Shown here in pieces: positions 55,157 through 64,000 of a stretch of 64,000 bases of DNA (within the stretch, counting starts at the first letter, position 1; each line of letters starts with the position of its first letter). The position numbers and the translations under genes were made by a program. A model generated the notes under the pieces. That model worked only from the letters and a program-made list of their open reading frames with translations, had not been told where the DNA came from and made no database searches. Location of the stretch: contig CBDFKD010000002.1 of the NCBI GenBank assembly GCA_965248695.1, positions 3,136,001 through 3,200,000 of the forward strand, given 5' to 3'. Source of the DNA: Acidobacteriota bacterium. GTDB taxonomy: Bacteria; Acidobacteriota; UBA890; WLXD01.

Positions 55157-55513
55157 TCAACTCTCCACGGGCGGATCAGCCGCCGGGACCGCCCGATAAA
55201 GCTCCTCGAGCATCCCATCCGCCATGGCGTGCAGCTGATCGTAGGAGCGCTGCAGCATCGCTGCTCCGACGGCTGTCGGGCGGTAGTATTTGCGGCGGCG
55301 ACCGCCGCGCAACGCCGTCGGCTCGCCGACGCGTGAGCTCACGAACCCGCGCGCCTCCAGGCGTCCGAGAGCCGTGTAGATCGCACCGGCGGTGACCGAT
55401 CGGCCGGTGCGCGCCTCGATCTCCTGACGCACCGTGACCCCGTACGCGTCGTCACGCAATCGTAGCAACGCAAACAGAATAAGCTGCTCGAACTCACCGA
55501 GATGACTGGCCAC
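55157..55513 (-). CDS. PadR family transcriptional regulator
   Basis: LGEFEQLIL, AYG, GAIYTALGRLE, GGRRRKYY. Confidence 0.93.
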   Translation of the reverse strand: MASHLGEFEQLILFALLRLRDDAYGVTVRQEIEARTGRSVTAGAIYTALGRLEARGFVSSRVGEPTALRGGRRRKYYRPTAVGAAMLQRSYDQLHAMADGMLEELYRAVPAADPPVES

Positions 55514-55524
55514 AGATCCTCATA

Positions 55525-55562
55525 ACTACAGTGTAGGGATTATATATCAACCACACTGTAGT
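55525..55562. promoter_or_regulatory. Probable PadR operator pair
   Basis: ACTACAGTGT (55525-55534) and ACACTGTAGT (55553-55562) in inverted orientation, each within a CTACA-N-TGTAG-like palindrome, around an AT-rich core. Confidence 0.65.
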
Positions 55563-55686
55563 CCTTATACTGAGCCTGAGCAAGTGACCCACGCGACACC
55601 ATCGGCTGAGCCCGACGATGGCGCCAGCGTTGTCGCCTGAGCCCCGACGATGCGGCTGCGTTGAACGAGCTATCGAAACTGTCGCC

Positions 55687-55828
55687 GGGCGGAGAGGACA
55701 CGCATCGCCCTACGGCAACATCGCCAAACCAATCGCTCGACCACTGACACCCAGGACGCGCGAGCAAGAGCACTCACCAGCCACCAAACGATGACGTTGC
55801 CTTAGGGCGATGCGTGTCCTCTCCGCCC
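55687..55828. repeat. Inverted REP doublet (REPIN-like)
   Basis: 36-bp arms 55687-55722 and 55793-55828 (34/36); unit reads (G/T)TAG-GGCG...CGCCC. Confidence 0.75.
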
Positions 55829-55853
55829 CAGCAACCCGTCCGCGAACCACCGA

Positions 55854-56924
55854 CTAGCCGTCGCCTCCCCAATACCTCGAGATCACCTGCCGCATAGCCG
55901 GGCTCGACATCTCGAAGTCACGCGGGCGCGCATCGCCGGGGAACCACTTCCACAGGAATCCCCCCACGACGCTCGGCTCGGCCTGCATGGCCTGCAACGC
56001 AGCACGCATGCACCGACGCTGCAGCTCGTCGGCGTTCGGCCCGCCGACCTCGTAGGCCCAGGGCTCGTACGGTGCCCGGGCCGAGCGGTTGTAACCCAGC
56101 TCGGTGAACACGACCGTCTTGCCATACCGCTCGCTGAAGGCGCGCATGCGGTGCATGATGCGCGTCCAACCGGCGTCGAACGCCTCTTGCGGCGGTAGGC
56201 CAGCGAGATCCCTACCATCCTCGAGTACTGGAAAGTACGCCTGCACGCCGATGGCATCGAGGGCGTCCCAGAACGGGATGCGCTCGTAGTCCGTCCAGTT
56301 GGCCGCATAGGTGAGCGGCCCGGTGTACTGCGTCCGAACCGCGCGGATCACCTCGCGCCAGTCGGCCTCGTGGCCCACTGTCTTGTCGAGCTCGGTTCCC
56401 ACCGCGAACCCGTCGGCGTCGTGGCTGAACCGGGCGATCTCCGCTACCCAGCGGCGGTAGTCATCGAAAAACCTGCGCCAATCGGCGTCGCTATCGAAGG
56501 CGATCTCACCGCGCCAGGAGAAATTCCCCCAGTGACCCAGGTGCGGCTTGATGAAGATCTTCAGGCCCTGACGATGGGCTTCCTCGATCGGCCGCCGCAA
56601 CCAGATCGGCGCGCTCGAGGCATCCTCACCGGTGCGCCTCCAGGTGACCGAGCCGTCGTGGCCAATGCGCGCATACGGGTGGATGGAGATCCAGTTCACC
56701 CCGAGCTGCTTGAGCTCGGAAATGGTGCCGACGATCGCGTCCTTGCCCCACTCGGCGCTGCCGCGCGGGGTCGAGACGGTCATGCCGTTGATGTTCTCTC
56801 CCTGCACCGCAAGCGACGCTGGAGAATCGGCGCCGGTGACCCCCGCTCCGGGGAGCAAAAGGGCGCCCAGCAGCAGCAGCAGCGTGCCGATAGCCCGGAC
56901 CTGGCGACAACGGCGTTTGACCAT
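55854..56924 (-). CDS. Exported GH113-like glycoside hydrolase
   Basis: IKPHL, WRGEI, GTEL, TYAANW, AYFP, FTELGY, FLWKW. Confidence 0.85.
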   Translation of the reverse strand: MVKRRCRQVRAIGTLLLLLGALLLPGAGVTGADSPASLAVQGENINGMTVSTPRGSAEWGKDAIVGTISELKQLGVNWISIHPYARIGHDGSVTWRRTGEDASSAPIWLRRPIEEAHRQGLKIFIKPHLGHWGNFSWRGEIAFDSDADWRRFFDDYRRWVAEIARFSHDADGFAVGTELDKTVGHEADWREVIRAVRTQYTGPLTYAANWTDYERIPFWDALDAIGVQAYFPVLEDGRDLAGLPPQEAFDAGWTRIMHRMRAFSERYGKTVVFTELGYNRSARAPYEPWAYEVGGPNADELQRRCMRAALQAMQAEPSVVGGFLWKWFPGDARPRDFEMSSPAMRQVISRYWGGDG

Positions 56925-56994
56925 GACGGCTGAGGATATCAGCCGGGCAGCGACACACGAGCACCGGGGGTCCTTCGTGCCAGGGCGGGGGCCT

Positions 56995-57021
56995 TGCAAC
57001 CTCGGGCCGCTGACCGGCGTC
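56995..57021 (+). promoter_or_regulatory. Putative ECF sigma promoter
   Basis: TGCAAC-N17-CGTC about 40 nt upstream of the DUF4097 start. Confidence 0.5.
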
Positions 57022-57060
57022 CAACTTGCAGAGACCACGCCCCAGACCATGGAGCAAACC

Positions 57061-58080
57061 ATGCCTCGTAGCCGTGCCGCCCGTTCACGCCTGATGGGAG
57101 TCGCCGCGACCACTGTTGGTGCGTTGCTGTTCGCCGCGCCGGCGCCGGCGCGGGAGACTCGCGAGCTCGTCATGAGCGCCGAGTTCGACACCCGGCCCGG
57201 TGGTCGCTTGACGATCGACGTTCCCGACGCCGACCTGGTGCTGCGCAACGGTGCCGGCGACCAGGTGGCGTTCGAGATCTACGTCACCGCGCGCGACATG
57301 CAGCGCGGCCGCGCTCGGTTCGAGGCGATGAACTTCCGCGCCGATGGGTAATGCCGACGAGGTCAGCCTGCGGGCCGACAGGGAACGCAACGTCGACTGG
57401 GACTGGCGCAACTGGGGCGGCTTTACGATCACCGTCGAGGTCACGTTGCCCGAGGAGTACAACGCCGACGTACGCACCGAAGATGAAGCGACGTTGCGGT
57501 TCAGAGCCTGCGGGGCGATGTTCGGTTGCGGTCCTCGGATGGCGACATCAGCGCCGATAGCCTCACCGGCGACATCGTCATTCACACTTCGGACGGGGAT
57601 ATTGGCGTGCGCCGGATGGTCGGCGGCCAAATCGAGATCGCTACGTCCGACGGCGATGTGAGCCTCGGTGATCTGCAGGCAACCCGCATCGTGATCGATA
57701 CGTCCGACGGAGACATCAGCAGCGATCGCCTGGCGGCGGATGGGATCGAGGCGCATACCAGCGACGGGGATATCGTGGTGAGCGCGGTTGCCGGACCGAT
57801 CGAGGCGGAAACCAACGACGGCAACATCCACATCGGTATCGAACGACTCGGCGACACTAACCTCAGCAGCGGTGACGGCGACATCACCATTCGCGCCACG
57901 GACGGGCTGGCCGCCGACCTGGACATCCGCGGCTCGGACCTTTCGATGCGCAGTGAAGTACGCTTCGATGGCACGCTGGAACGCCGCGTCATCCGCGGCG
58001 CGCTCAACGGCGGCGGCCCGACGCTGACCGCCCGCACTCGCGACGGCAGCATCGTTCTGCGACTCCGCGAGCCGGAGTAG
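57061..58080 (+). pseudogene. DUF4097 beta-strand-repeat protein, split by two frameshifts
   Basis: Signal peptide and TSDGD repeats spread over three frames; shifts near 57347 and 57486. Confidence 0.8.
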
Positions 58081-58131
58081 CGATAGGTCCGCAGCGGTGA
58101 GGGGCGTGACAGCCTGAACCAGGCCGCCAGC

Positions 58132-58647
58132 TCAGTCGGCCGCGGTCGAGTCGAAAACCTCGCGTGCCCTCTGGTGCAGGCGCTCCTGCGCCTCCTCGAC
58201 CTCGCGCAGCGCCTCGCGCAGCCGCTCGAGCTCGTCGGCCCGGACAGCGAGCCCCTCGCGTATGAACAGCGCCGCCGCCTCGGAGCGGCTCTTCACCGCG
58301 CCGGTCTTGACCCAGTCGTCGAGCCGGTTACGGGTCTCCTCGTCGACCCGCACCATGACCACCTGATCACGCTGCGTCTCGCTCATCTCCTCGGCGCTTG
58401 ACTTCAGGTCGGGCGACACGCAGACCACTTTGATCGCGTCGCCGATTTCGCCCAGGTCAACCAGCAGGTCGTCGAGGTTGTCGATCCCGAGGTCCTCTAA
58501 GCCGCGGCCGGCGCTCACTTCGATGTACACGCCGTTATCGGCGAGCTTGCGGCGAATCCGCCTCCAGAGACTGTCGGGCTGGTCGTTCGAATGGCCGCTG
58601 TGCTGACCCTGTCCTTGTTCTTCCGTCTGACGCGTCTTGTCGGTCAT
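58132..58647 (-). CDS. Ribbon-helix-helix (CopG-like) domain protein with C-terminal coiled coil
   Basis: QVVMVRVDEETRNRLDDWVKTGAVKSRSEAAALFIREG. Confidence 0.8.
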   Translation of the reverse strand: MTDKTRQTEEQGQGQHSGHSNDQPDSLWRRIRRKLADNGVYIEVSAGRGLEDLGIDNLDDLLVDLGEIGDAIKVVCVSPDLKSSAEEMSETQRDQVVMVRVDEETRNRLDDWVKTGAVKSRSEAAALFIREGLAVRADELERLREALREVEEAQERLHQRAREVFDSTAAD

Positions 58648-58773
58648 GCGCCGCTCTCCGTTGGCATCCGGGCTGGACGGCAATCCCGCGATGTCCAGAA
58701 CTCGGTGTGGCGAAAACTCCGCTGTGGCAAATCCTCTTGATGCTGGTATCGACGTATCTTGCATGTTTGTATT

Positions 58774-58796
58774 ATGTAATTACATTACAACTGTAA
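58774..58796. promoter_or_regulatory. Palindromic operator pair between divergent RHH and S9 genes
   Basis: ATGTAATTACAT (58774-58785) and TTACAACTGTAA (58785-58796). Confidence 0.6.
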
Positions 58797-58928
58797 CGGA
58801 GGCGCGCCACGTCGTCAAGCGGGCGAGCCCTGCTAACCTGGCGGGCCAACCTCCTGGGGCGCTTGCTTCGACGCCGTCCGGTGCCCCAGGACGGCAAACC
58901 GAAGAACCTGCCTCCGGAGGACCCCTCG

Positions 58929-60971
58929 ATGCACCGAGCACTCTTTGTCGTCTGTCTTTGCCTCGCGCCGGGCCTCAACAGCGTCGCCGTCGAGGGTGTC
59001 GCCCAGGACGATGTCTCGCGGCTCACGCTGCGCGATCTGTTCGAGCTCGAAACCGTCAGCGACCCCCAGATCTCGCCGGACGGGTCACGCGTGGTGTACG
59101 TGCGTCGGTTCGCCGATATCCAGACGGACCGCTTCTACAGCAATCTGTGGATCGTCGATGTCAACGGTGCCAACCACCGTCCATTGACGACAGGCAAGCA
59201 AAATGACGCCTCGCCCCGCTGGTCACCTTCCGGGGATCGCCTCGCCTACGTGTCGGCGGCGGAGGGCTCCTCGCAGATCTGGCTGCGCTACATGGATACC
59301 GGCCAGACGTCCGAGCTGACCCATCACGATCAGGCTCCGAGCGGTCTGGCATGGTCGCCGGACGGCGAGCAGCTGGCGTTCTCGGCGTTGGTGGCCGTAG
59401 CACCTCCGCAGATCGCCGATCTCCTTGCCGCCCCGGAGGGCGCTGAATGGGCCGCGCCGGCGAAGGTGATCGACCGGCTGTTCTACCGCTTCGACCCGGT
59501 CGGGTTCTTGCCGCGCGGCGACTGGAAGCTGTTCGTCGTCCCGGCCGAGGGCGGTACTGCCCGCCAAGTCACTCAGGGCCCGGGCTCGTTCGGCGGCCCA
59601 GGCTTCGGCGGCTCGCAGATCGTCTGGTCCGCCGACGCCGCTTCGCTGTTGATCTCGGCAAACCTGAGACCCGAAGCCGACCTCGAGCCGCTCGACTACG
59701 AGGTGTACGAGGTCGATCTCACCTCCGGCGCGGCGACCGCGCTGACGAGTCGACACGGCCCAGACAACTCGATCGCCCGTTCCCCGGACGGCGACACGAT
59801 CGCCTACGTAGGCTTTGACGACCGGTACCAGGGCTACCAGCTGACCGAGCTGTATGTGGCCGATGGGGACGGCGGCTCAGCACGCGTGTTGACCGGAGAT
59901 CTCGGGAGAAGCGTCGCGTCGCCGCAATTCTCCGCCGATGGCCGTGAGATCTTCTTCACCTACACCTCGGAAGGACGCAGCCGGCTCGCCAGCATCGACC
60001 TCGACGGCGAGATGATGGACCACGTGAGCGACGCTGGCGGCGGCTGGAGCGCCTACGCCGGGGGGCCCGGCTACAGCCTGGCGAACGACGGTACCTTCGC
60101 CTTCGTGATGTCGAGCGCCGAATCACCCGGAGATATCGCGGTCGGCCGGCGCGGTGTGCCAGCGCGGCGCCTCACCGAAGTCAACTCAGACGTCCTGAGG
60201 CACAAGGAGCAGGGCGAGCTCGAGGAGATTTGGTTTGACTCGTCGCACGACGGGCGGCGAGTACAGGGTTGGATTCTGAAGCCGCCGGGATTCGATCCAG
60301 CGCGGAGATACCCGCTCATCCTCGAGATTCACGGCCCGCGATGGGATGCGGAGAAGCAGCTCATGGCGGCGTCGGGATACGTCGTGCTCTACACCAACCC
60401 GCGTGGGAGCACGAGCTACGGCGAGGAGTTCGGCAACCTCATCCACCACGCCTACCCGGGCGACGATTTCCACGACCTGATGTCGGGTGTGGACGCCGTC
60501 ATCCAGCGCGGCTACGTTGATCCGGACCAGCTTTTCGTCACCGGTGGCAGCGGCGGCGGTGTGCTGACCTCCTGGATCATCGGTCGTACGGACCGTTTCC
60601 GTGCCGCGGTCACCGTTTACCCGGTGATCAACTGGTACAGCTGGGTGCTGAGCGCAGACATCTCGGCGTTCGGGGTCAAGTACTGGTTCCCCGGTCTACC
60701 CTGGGACTACCCGGAGCACTACGAGCAACGCAGCCTGCTGTCGGTGGTCAAGAACGTGACCACGCCGACAATGGTGCTCACCGGAGAGTCAGATTACCGC
60801 ACCCCCATGTCCGAGTCTGAGCAATACTTCGCGGCACTGAAGCTGCTCGACGTAGAGTCGGTGCTGGTTCGCGTCCCCGGCGAGAGCCACGGCATCCGAG
60901 GGCGACCGAGCCATTTCATGCAGAAGGTGGCGTACATCGTCGGCTGGATGGACAAACACGGCGGCGAGTAG
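58929..60971 (+). CDS. S9 family (prolyl oligopeptidase/acylaminoacyl) peptidase
   Basis: PD40-type propeller repeats; NPRGS; GGSGGG nucleophile; DYRTP; ESHG. Confidence 0.93.
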   Translation: MHRALFVVCLCLAPGLNSVAVEGVAQDDVSRLTLRDLFELETVSDPQISPDGSRVVYVRRFADIQTDRFYSNLWIVDVNGANHRPLTTGKQNDASPRWSPSGDRLAYVSAAEGSSQIWLRYMDTGQTSELTHHDQAPSGLAWSPDGEQLAFSALVAVAPPQIADLLAAPEGAEWAAPAKVIDRLFYRFDPVGFLPRGDWKLFVVPAEGGTARQVTQGPGSFGGPGFGGSQIVWSADAASLLISANLRPEADLEPLDYEVYEVDLTSGAATALTSRHGPDNSIARSPDGDTIAYVGFDDRYQGYQLTELYVADGDGGSARVLTGDLGRSVASPQFSADGREIFFTYTSEGRSRLASIDLDGEMMDHVSDAGGGWSAYAGGPGYSLANDGTFAFVMSSAESPGDIAVGRRGVPARRLTEVNSDVLRHKEQGELEEIWFDSSHDGRRVQGWILKPPGFDPARRYPLILEIHGPRWDAEKQLMAASGYVVLYTNPRGSTSYGEEFGNLIHHAYPGDDFHDLMSGVDAVIQRGYVDPDQLFVTGGSGGGVLTSWIIGRTDRFRAAVTVYPVINWYSWVLSADISAFGVKYWFPGLPWDYPEHYEQRSLLSVVKNVTTPTMVLTGESDYRTPMSESEQYFAALKLLDVESVLVRVPGESHGIRGRPSHFMQKVAYIVGWMDKHGGE

Positions 60972-61043
60972 AACGCGACAGAACCGCCAGCAGAAACCAC
61001 CCGGACCACGGCACGCGGAGCGCAACCCCAGGAGTCGATTCGA

Positions 61044-61787
61044 ATGCTGAACGAACGCCAAGAAGCCCTGTGTTCCACGAGTCAATGGGACTTCTCCGAC
61101 CTGAATGCGCTGATCTTCAACTGCACGCTCAAGCGCACGCCCGAGATGTCACACACCCAGGGCCTGATCGACGTCGCGGCGGCGATCATGGAGAAGAACG
61201 GTGTCAGCGTCGAAACCATCCGACCGGTCGACTACTACCTCGCGCCCGGTGTGTATCCCGACATGACCGAGCAGGGGTTCGACAGGGACGACTGGCCGGC
61301 GCTGTACGAGAAGGTCAAGGAGGCCGAGATTCTCATCATCACCTCGCCCATCTGGCTGGGGGTGAAATCGTCCACCTGTACGGCGACTATCGAGCGGTTG
61401 TATGCCAGCTCCGGCGACCTAAACGAGAACGGCCAATACGCCTACTACGGCAAGGTCGGCGGATGCCTCATCACCGACAACGACGACGGCGCCAAGCACT
61501 GCGCCATGGACATCCTCTATTGCCTGCAGCACCTCGGCTACGTCATCCCGCCGCAGGCCGATGCATGCTGGTTGGGTGAGGCCGGGCCCGGACCTTCGTA
61601 TCTCGACGAGGGGTCCGGTGGGCCGGAGAACGACTTCACCCAGCGAAATACCACGTTCCTGACCTGGAATTTGCTGCACATGGCGCGCATGCTCAAGGAC
61701 GCTGGCGGCATCCCGGCACACGGAAACCAGCGCTCCGCCTGGGAGGCCGGCTGCCGCTTCGACCACCCGAACCCGGAGTACCGCTGA
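61044..61787 (+). CDS. Flavodoxin-fold NADPH-dependent FMN reductase family protein
   Basis: NCTLK, SHT, SPIWLG, ERL, GKVGG. Confidence 0.85.
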   Translation: MLNERQEALCSTSQWDFSDLNALIFNCTLKRTPEMSHTQGLIDVAAAIMEKNGVSVETIRPVDYYLAPGVYPDMTEQGFDRDDWPALYEKVKEAEILIITSPIWLGVKSSTCTATIERLYASSGDLNENGQYAYYGKVGGCLITDNDDGAKHCAMDILYCLQHLGYVIPPQADACWLGEAGPGPSYLDEGSGGPENDFTQRNTTFLTWNLLHMARMLKDAGGIPAHGNQRSAWEAGCRFDHPNPEYR

Positions 61788-61871
61788 GAAAGTGCTTTCG
61801 ACCGCGGCAGCCACTCAGGGGAACGACCCAGCAGAAAACGGAGCACTACCCAAACCCGGAGGTCACACGCG

Positions 61872-63782
61872 ATGCGCCACGATTCGATCACCATCCTGCG
61901 GATCGCCGTTGTTGCGATGATGTGCGCGCCGGCCCTGGCCCTGCCCGCGACCCGGCAGCAGGCGTCCGAGCAGCAGGAGGGTGTGTTGACGACCATCGCT
62001 CCCTTCGGCAGCTTCGGACACATTTACGACGAGAACAGCATCGAGGGCATGCGACCGCGGATCATGGGGTCGCATGGGGCGATCTCCACCGGCCACTACC
62101 TCGCCACCACCGCAGGTCTGGAGATGCTCAAGGCCGGCGGCAACGCATTCGACGCCGGGGTCACCGCAGCGATGGCGTTGAAGGTGACGAAGATGGCCTA
62201 TGCCGGCTGGACGGGCGTCGCGCCGCTGATCCTCTACAGCGCCGAAGAAGACCGGGTGGTGACGCGCGTCGGCGCCGGTCGTAGCCCAGAGTTGGCGACG
62301 CTCGACCATTTCCTGCAACACGGCAAGACCGCGATCAACACCGCGCTGGTGCCGGCGGACGTCGACGTCTGGCTTGCGGCGCTCGACCGCTACGGGACCA
62401 TCAGCTTCGCCGAGTCGGCACGACCGGCGCTCGAGATCGCCGAGAACGGCTACCACCTGTACAAGATGCAGAAGTGGCTGGTGGAGGAGTACGCGGAGAA
62501 CATCCTGGAGTTCCCCTACAACGTCGACTTCTGGTTCCAGCACGGCGCGGGTCCACCGAAGCTCGGAGACCTCATGGTCAACGCCGATCTCGGCAAGCTG
62601 ATCCGCACGATGATCACCGCCGAGGAGAAGGCGCTGGCGAGCGGCGCCACTCGCTCAGCCGGTATTCGAGCCGCAAGGGACGTCTTCTACAAGGGCGAAC
62701 CGGCGCGCGCAGTTGATCGCTACTTCAGGGACCAGGACGGGCTGATGCGCTATGCGGACCTGGCGGACTACGAGGGTGCGTGGACGGAGCCGGTCCACAC
62801 TGAGTTCATGGGGTATGACGTTTACGTCGGCGATGGTTGGTCGCAGGGACCGAGGATGATCCTGTTTCTCAACATCCTCGAGAGCTTCGACCTGCGCTCG
62901 CTGGGGTACAACACGGCCGCCTACATTCACCTCATCTCGCAGGCGATCAACCTGGGAATGGCAGATTCCCACAAGTACGTCGGCGATCCGGAAATGGTCG
63001 ACATTCCGGACAACCTGTATTCAAAGGCCTACGCGCGTCGACGCGCCGAGCTCATCGACATGCACGAGGCGTTCGGCGACATGCCGCCGTGGGGAGATCC
63101 GGTCAACATGCTGGCGGTCGCGCCCGACTCTCCGGAGGACTTCCGCGCCGAGCCGTCGGCGGCCACGGAGCCTGCGGTCGGGAGCAGCCTGCCGGGGCTC
63201 GATACCACATCGCTGAACGTCATCGATGCGGCCGGCAACTTGTTCTCGATGACCGAGAGCGACGGCCATGCCGACACCCCGATGATCCCCGGATGGGGCT
63301 TCGGCCTCGGTGGCCGCATGGGGCAGTTCAACCTCGACCCGAGCGTCGCCAACGTCATGGCGCCCAGGAAACGGCCGCGCAACACCAACAGCCCGGTCTT
63401 GCTGATGCGAGACGGTGTGGCGTTCATGGGCCTCTCGACACCGGGTGGCGATCAGCAGATGCAGGCACTGCTGCAGGTCATCCTGAACGTCGTGCTGTGG
63501 GGAATGTCACCGGAACAGGCGCTAGACCAGCCGAGGTTCGGCAGCTACAACTTCCCGTCAACCGGCTCGGAGATCAACCGCAGTCCGGCGAAGCTGAGAA
63601 TCGAAGACCGCATCCCAGTCGAGACCGCTGATGCCCTCCGGAGCCTGGGACATGACGTCGAATCCTGGGGGCGCTGGAACTGGCGTGCCTGTGCCCCGAC
63701 GGTGAGCTATCGCGATCCGGACAGCGGCGTGTTGATCGCCGCCGGCGACGTGCGACGGGAAACGACGTCGCTCGCCTACTGA
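61872..63782 (+). CDS. Gamma-glutamyltransferase family protein
   Basis: GGNAFDAG, FYKG, catalytic DTTS, PRKRP, TPGGDQQ. Confidence 0.92.
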   Translation: MRHDSITILRIAVVAMMCAPALALPATRQQASEQQEGVLTTIAPFGSFGHIYDENSIEGMRPRIMGSHGAISTGHYLATTAGLEMLKAGGNAFDAGVTAAMALKVTKMAYAGWTGVAPLILYSAEEDRVVTRVGAGRSPELATLDHFLQHGKTAINTALVPADVDVWLAALDRYGTISFAESARPALEIAENGYHLYKMQKWLVEEYAENILEFPYNVDFWFQHGAGPPKLGDLMVNADLGKLIRTMITAEEKALASGATRSAGIRAARDVFYKGEPARAVDRYFRDQDGLMRYADLADYEGAWTEPVHTEFMGYDVYVGDGWSQGPRMILFLNILESFDLRSLGYNTAAYIHLISQAINLGMADSHKYVGDPEMVDIPDNLYSKAYARRRAELIDMHEAFGDMPPWGDPVNMLAVAPDSPEDFRAEPSAATEPAVGSSLPGLDTTSLNVIDAAGNLFSMTESDGHADTPMIPGWGFGLGGRMGQFNLDPSVANVMAPRKRPRNTNSPVLLMRDGVAFMGLSTPGGDQQMQALLQVILNVVLWGMSPEQALDQPRFGSYNFPSTGSEINRSPAKLRIEDRIPVETADALRSLGHDVESWGRWNWRACAPTVSYRDPDSGVLIAAGDVRRETTSLAY

Positions 63783-63810
63783 CCGTCTGCGGCGCTCGAC
63801 GGCGTCCGTG

Positions 63811-64000
63811 TTACCGGCGCTGATGGTCCAACCAGGCGTCGATGAGACTGCGCGAGATCGAGATCTGGGGCGACAGGCGCAGCGTACCGGCATCCACCGC
63901 GGTGGCGATCTCGTGGCGCGTGAACCAACGCGCGTCTTCGAGCTCCTGGTCGCCCAGCGTGATCGTGTCGGACTCGGCGACGGCCGCAAATCCCAGCATC
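63811..64000 (-). CDS. nudC: NAD(+) diphosphatase (NudC) C-terminal part, truncated by window
   Basis: MLGFAA...ELEDARWFTR...SISRSLIDAW. Confidence 0.85.
   Translation of the reverse strand, partial: MLGFAAVAESDTITLGDQELEDARWFTRHEIATAVDAGTLRLSPQISISRSLIDAWLDHQRR

Noticed and set aside
57340-57500. Programmed ribosomal frameshifting in the DUF4097 gene
   Set aside because: No slippery heptamer or stimulatory structure, and two shifts would be needed.

Overview
A GC-rich bacterial chromosomal segment. It is probably Acidobacteriota, inferred from the PadR + duplicated orphan permease pair, the VPS10/BNR hydrolase and the amidase-GerMN-rdgB-tRNA-Pro context. Housekeeping genes (gatC, gatA, tatD, tRNA-binding domain, radC, ssrA/tmRNA, rdgB, tRNA-Pro(TGG), rlmI-like, nudC) are mixed with many exported hydrolases. 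Four things stand out. (1) An integrase-less ~6.6 kb island (41346-47954) runs from tRNA-Pro to a duplicated tRNA-Pro 3' end. Orphan 3' halves of other tRNAs (two fMet, one Thr) with arm-like tandem repeats and IHF-like boxes divide it into what looks like a cassette array built on tRNA-derived att cores. It carries an lgt paralog, two unknown exported proteins, an IS256 and a kinase remnant. (2) A cobalt-type nitrile hydratase operon has an alpha subunit with a twin-arginine (Tat)-like leader. (3) An operon encoding a porin, a soluble CuA cupredoxin and a di-heme (DHOR) protein follows DtxR/MntR-like boxes. (4) Several non-coding structured elements occur: a 286-bp MITE-like element with 32-bp perfect terminal IRs at a TAG stop codon, a REP doublet, and a 109-nt hairpin after tmRNA. 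Short gene remnants and a few frameshifts or deletions point to genome erosion and/or assembly errors. All calls come from reading motifs by eye; no database searches were run.
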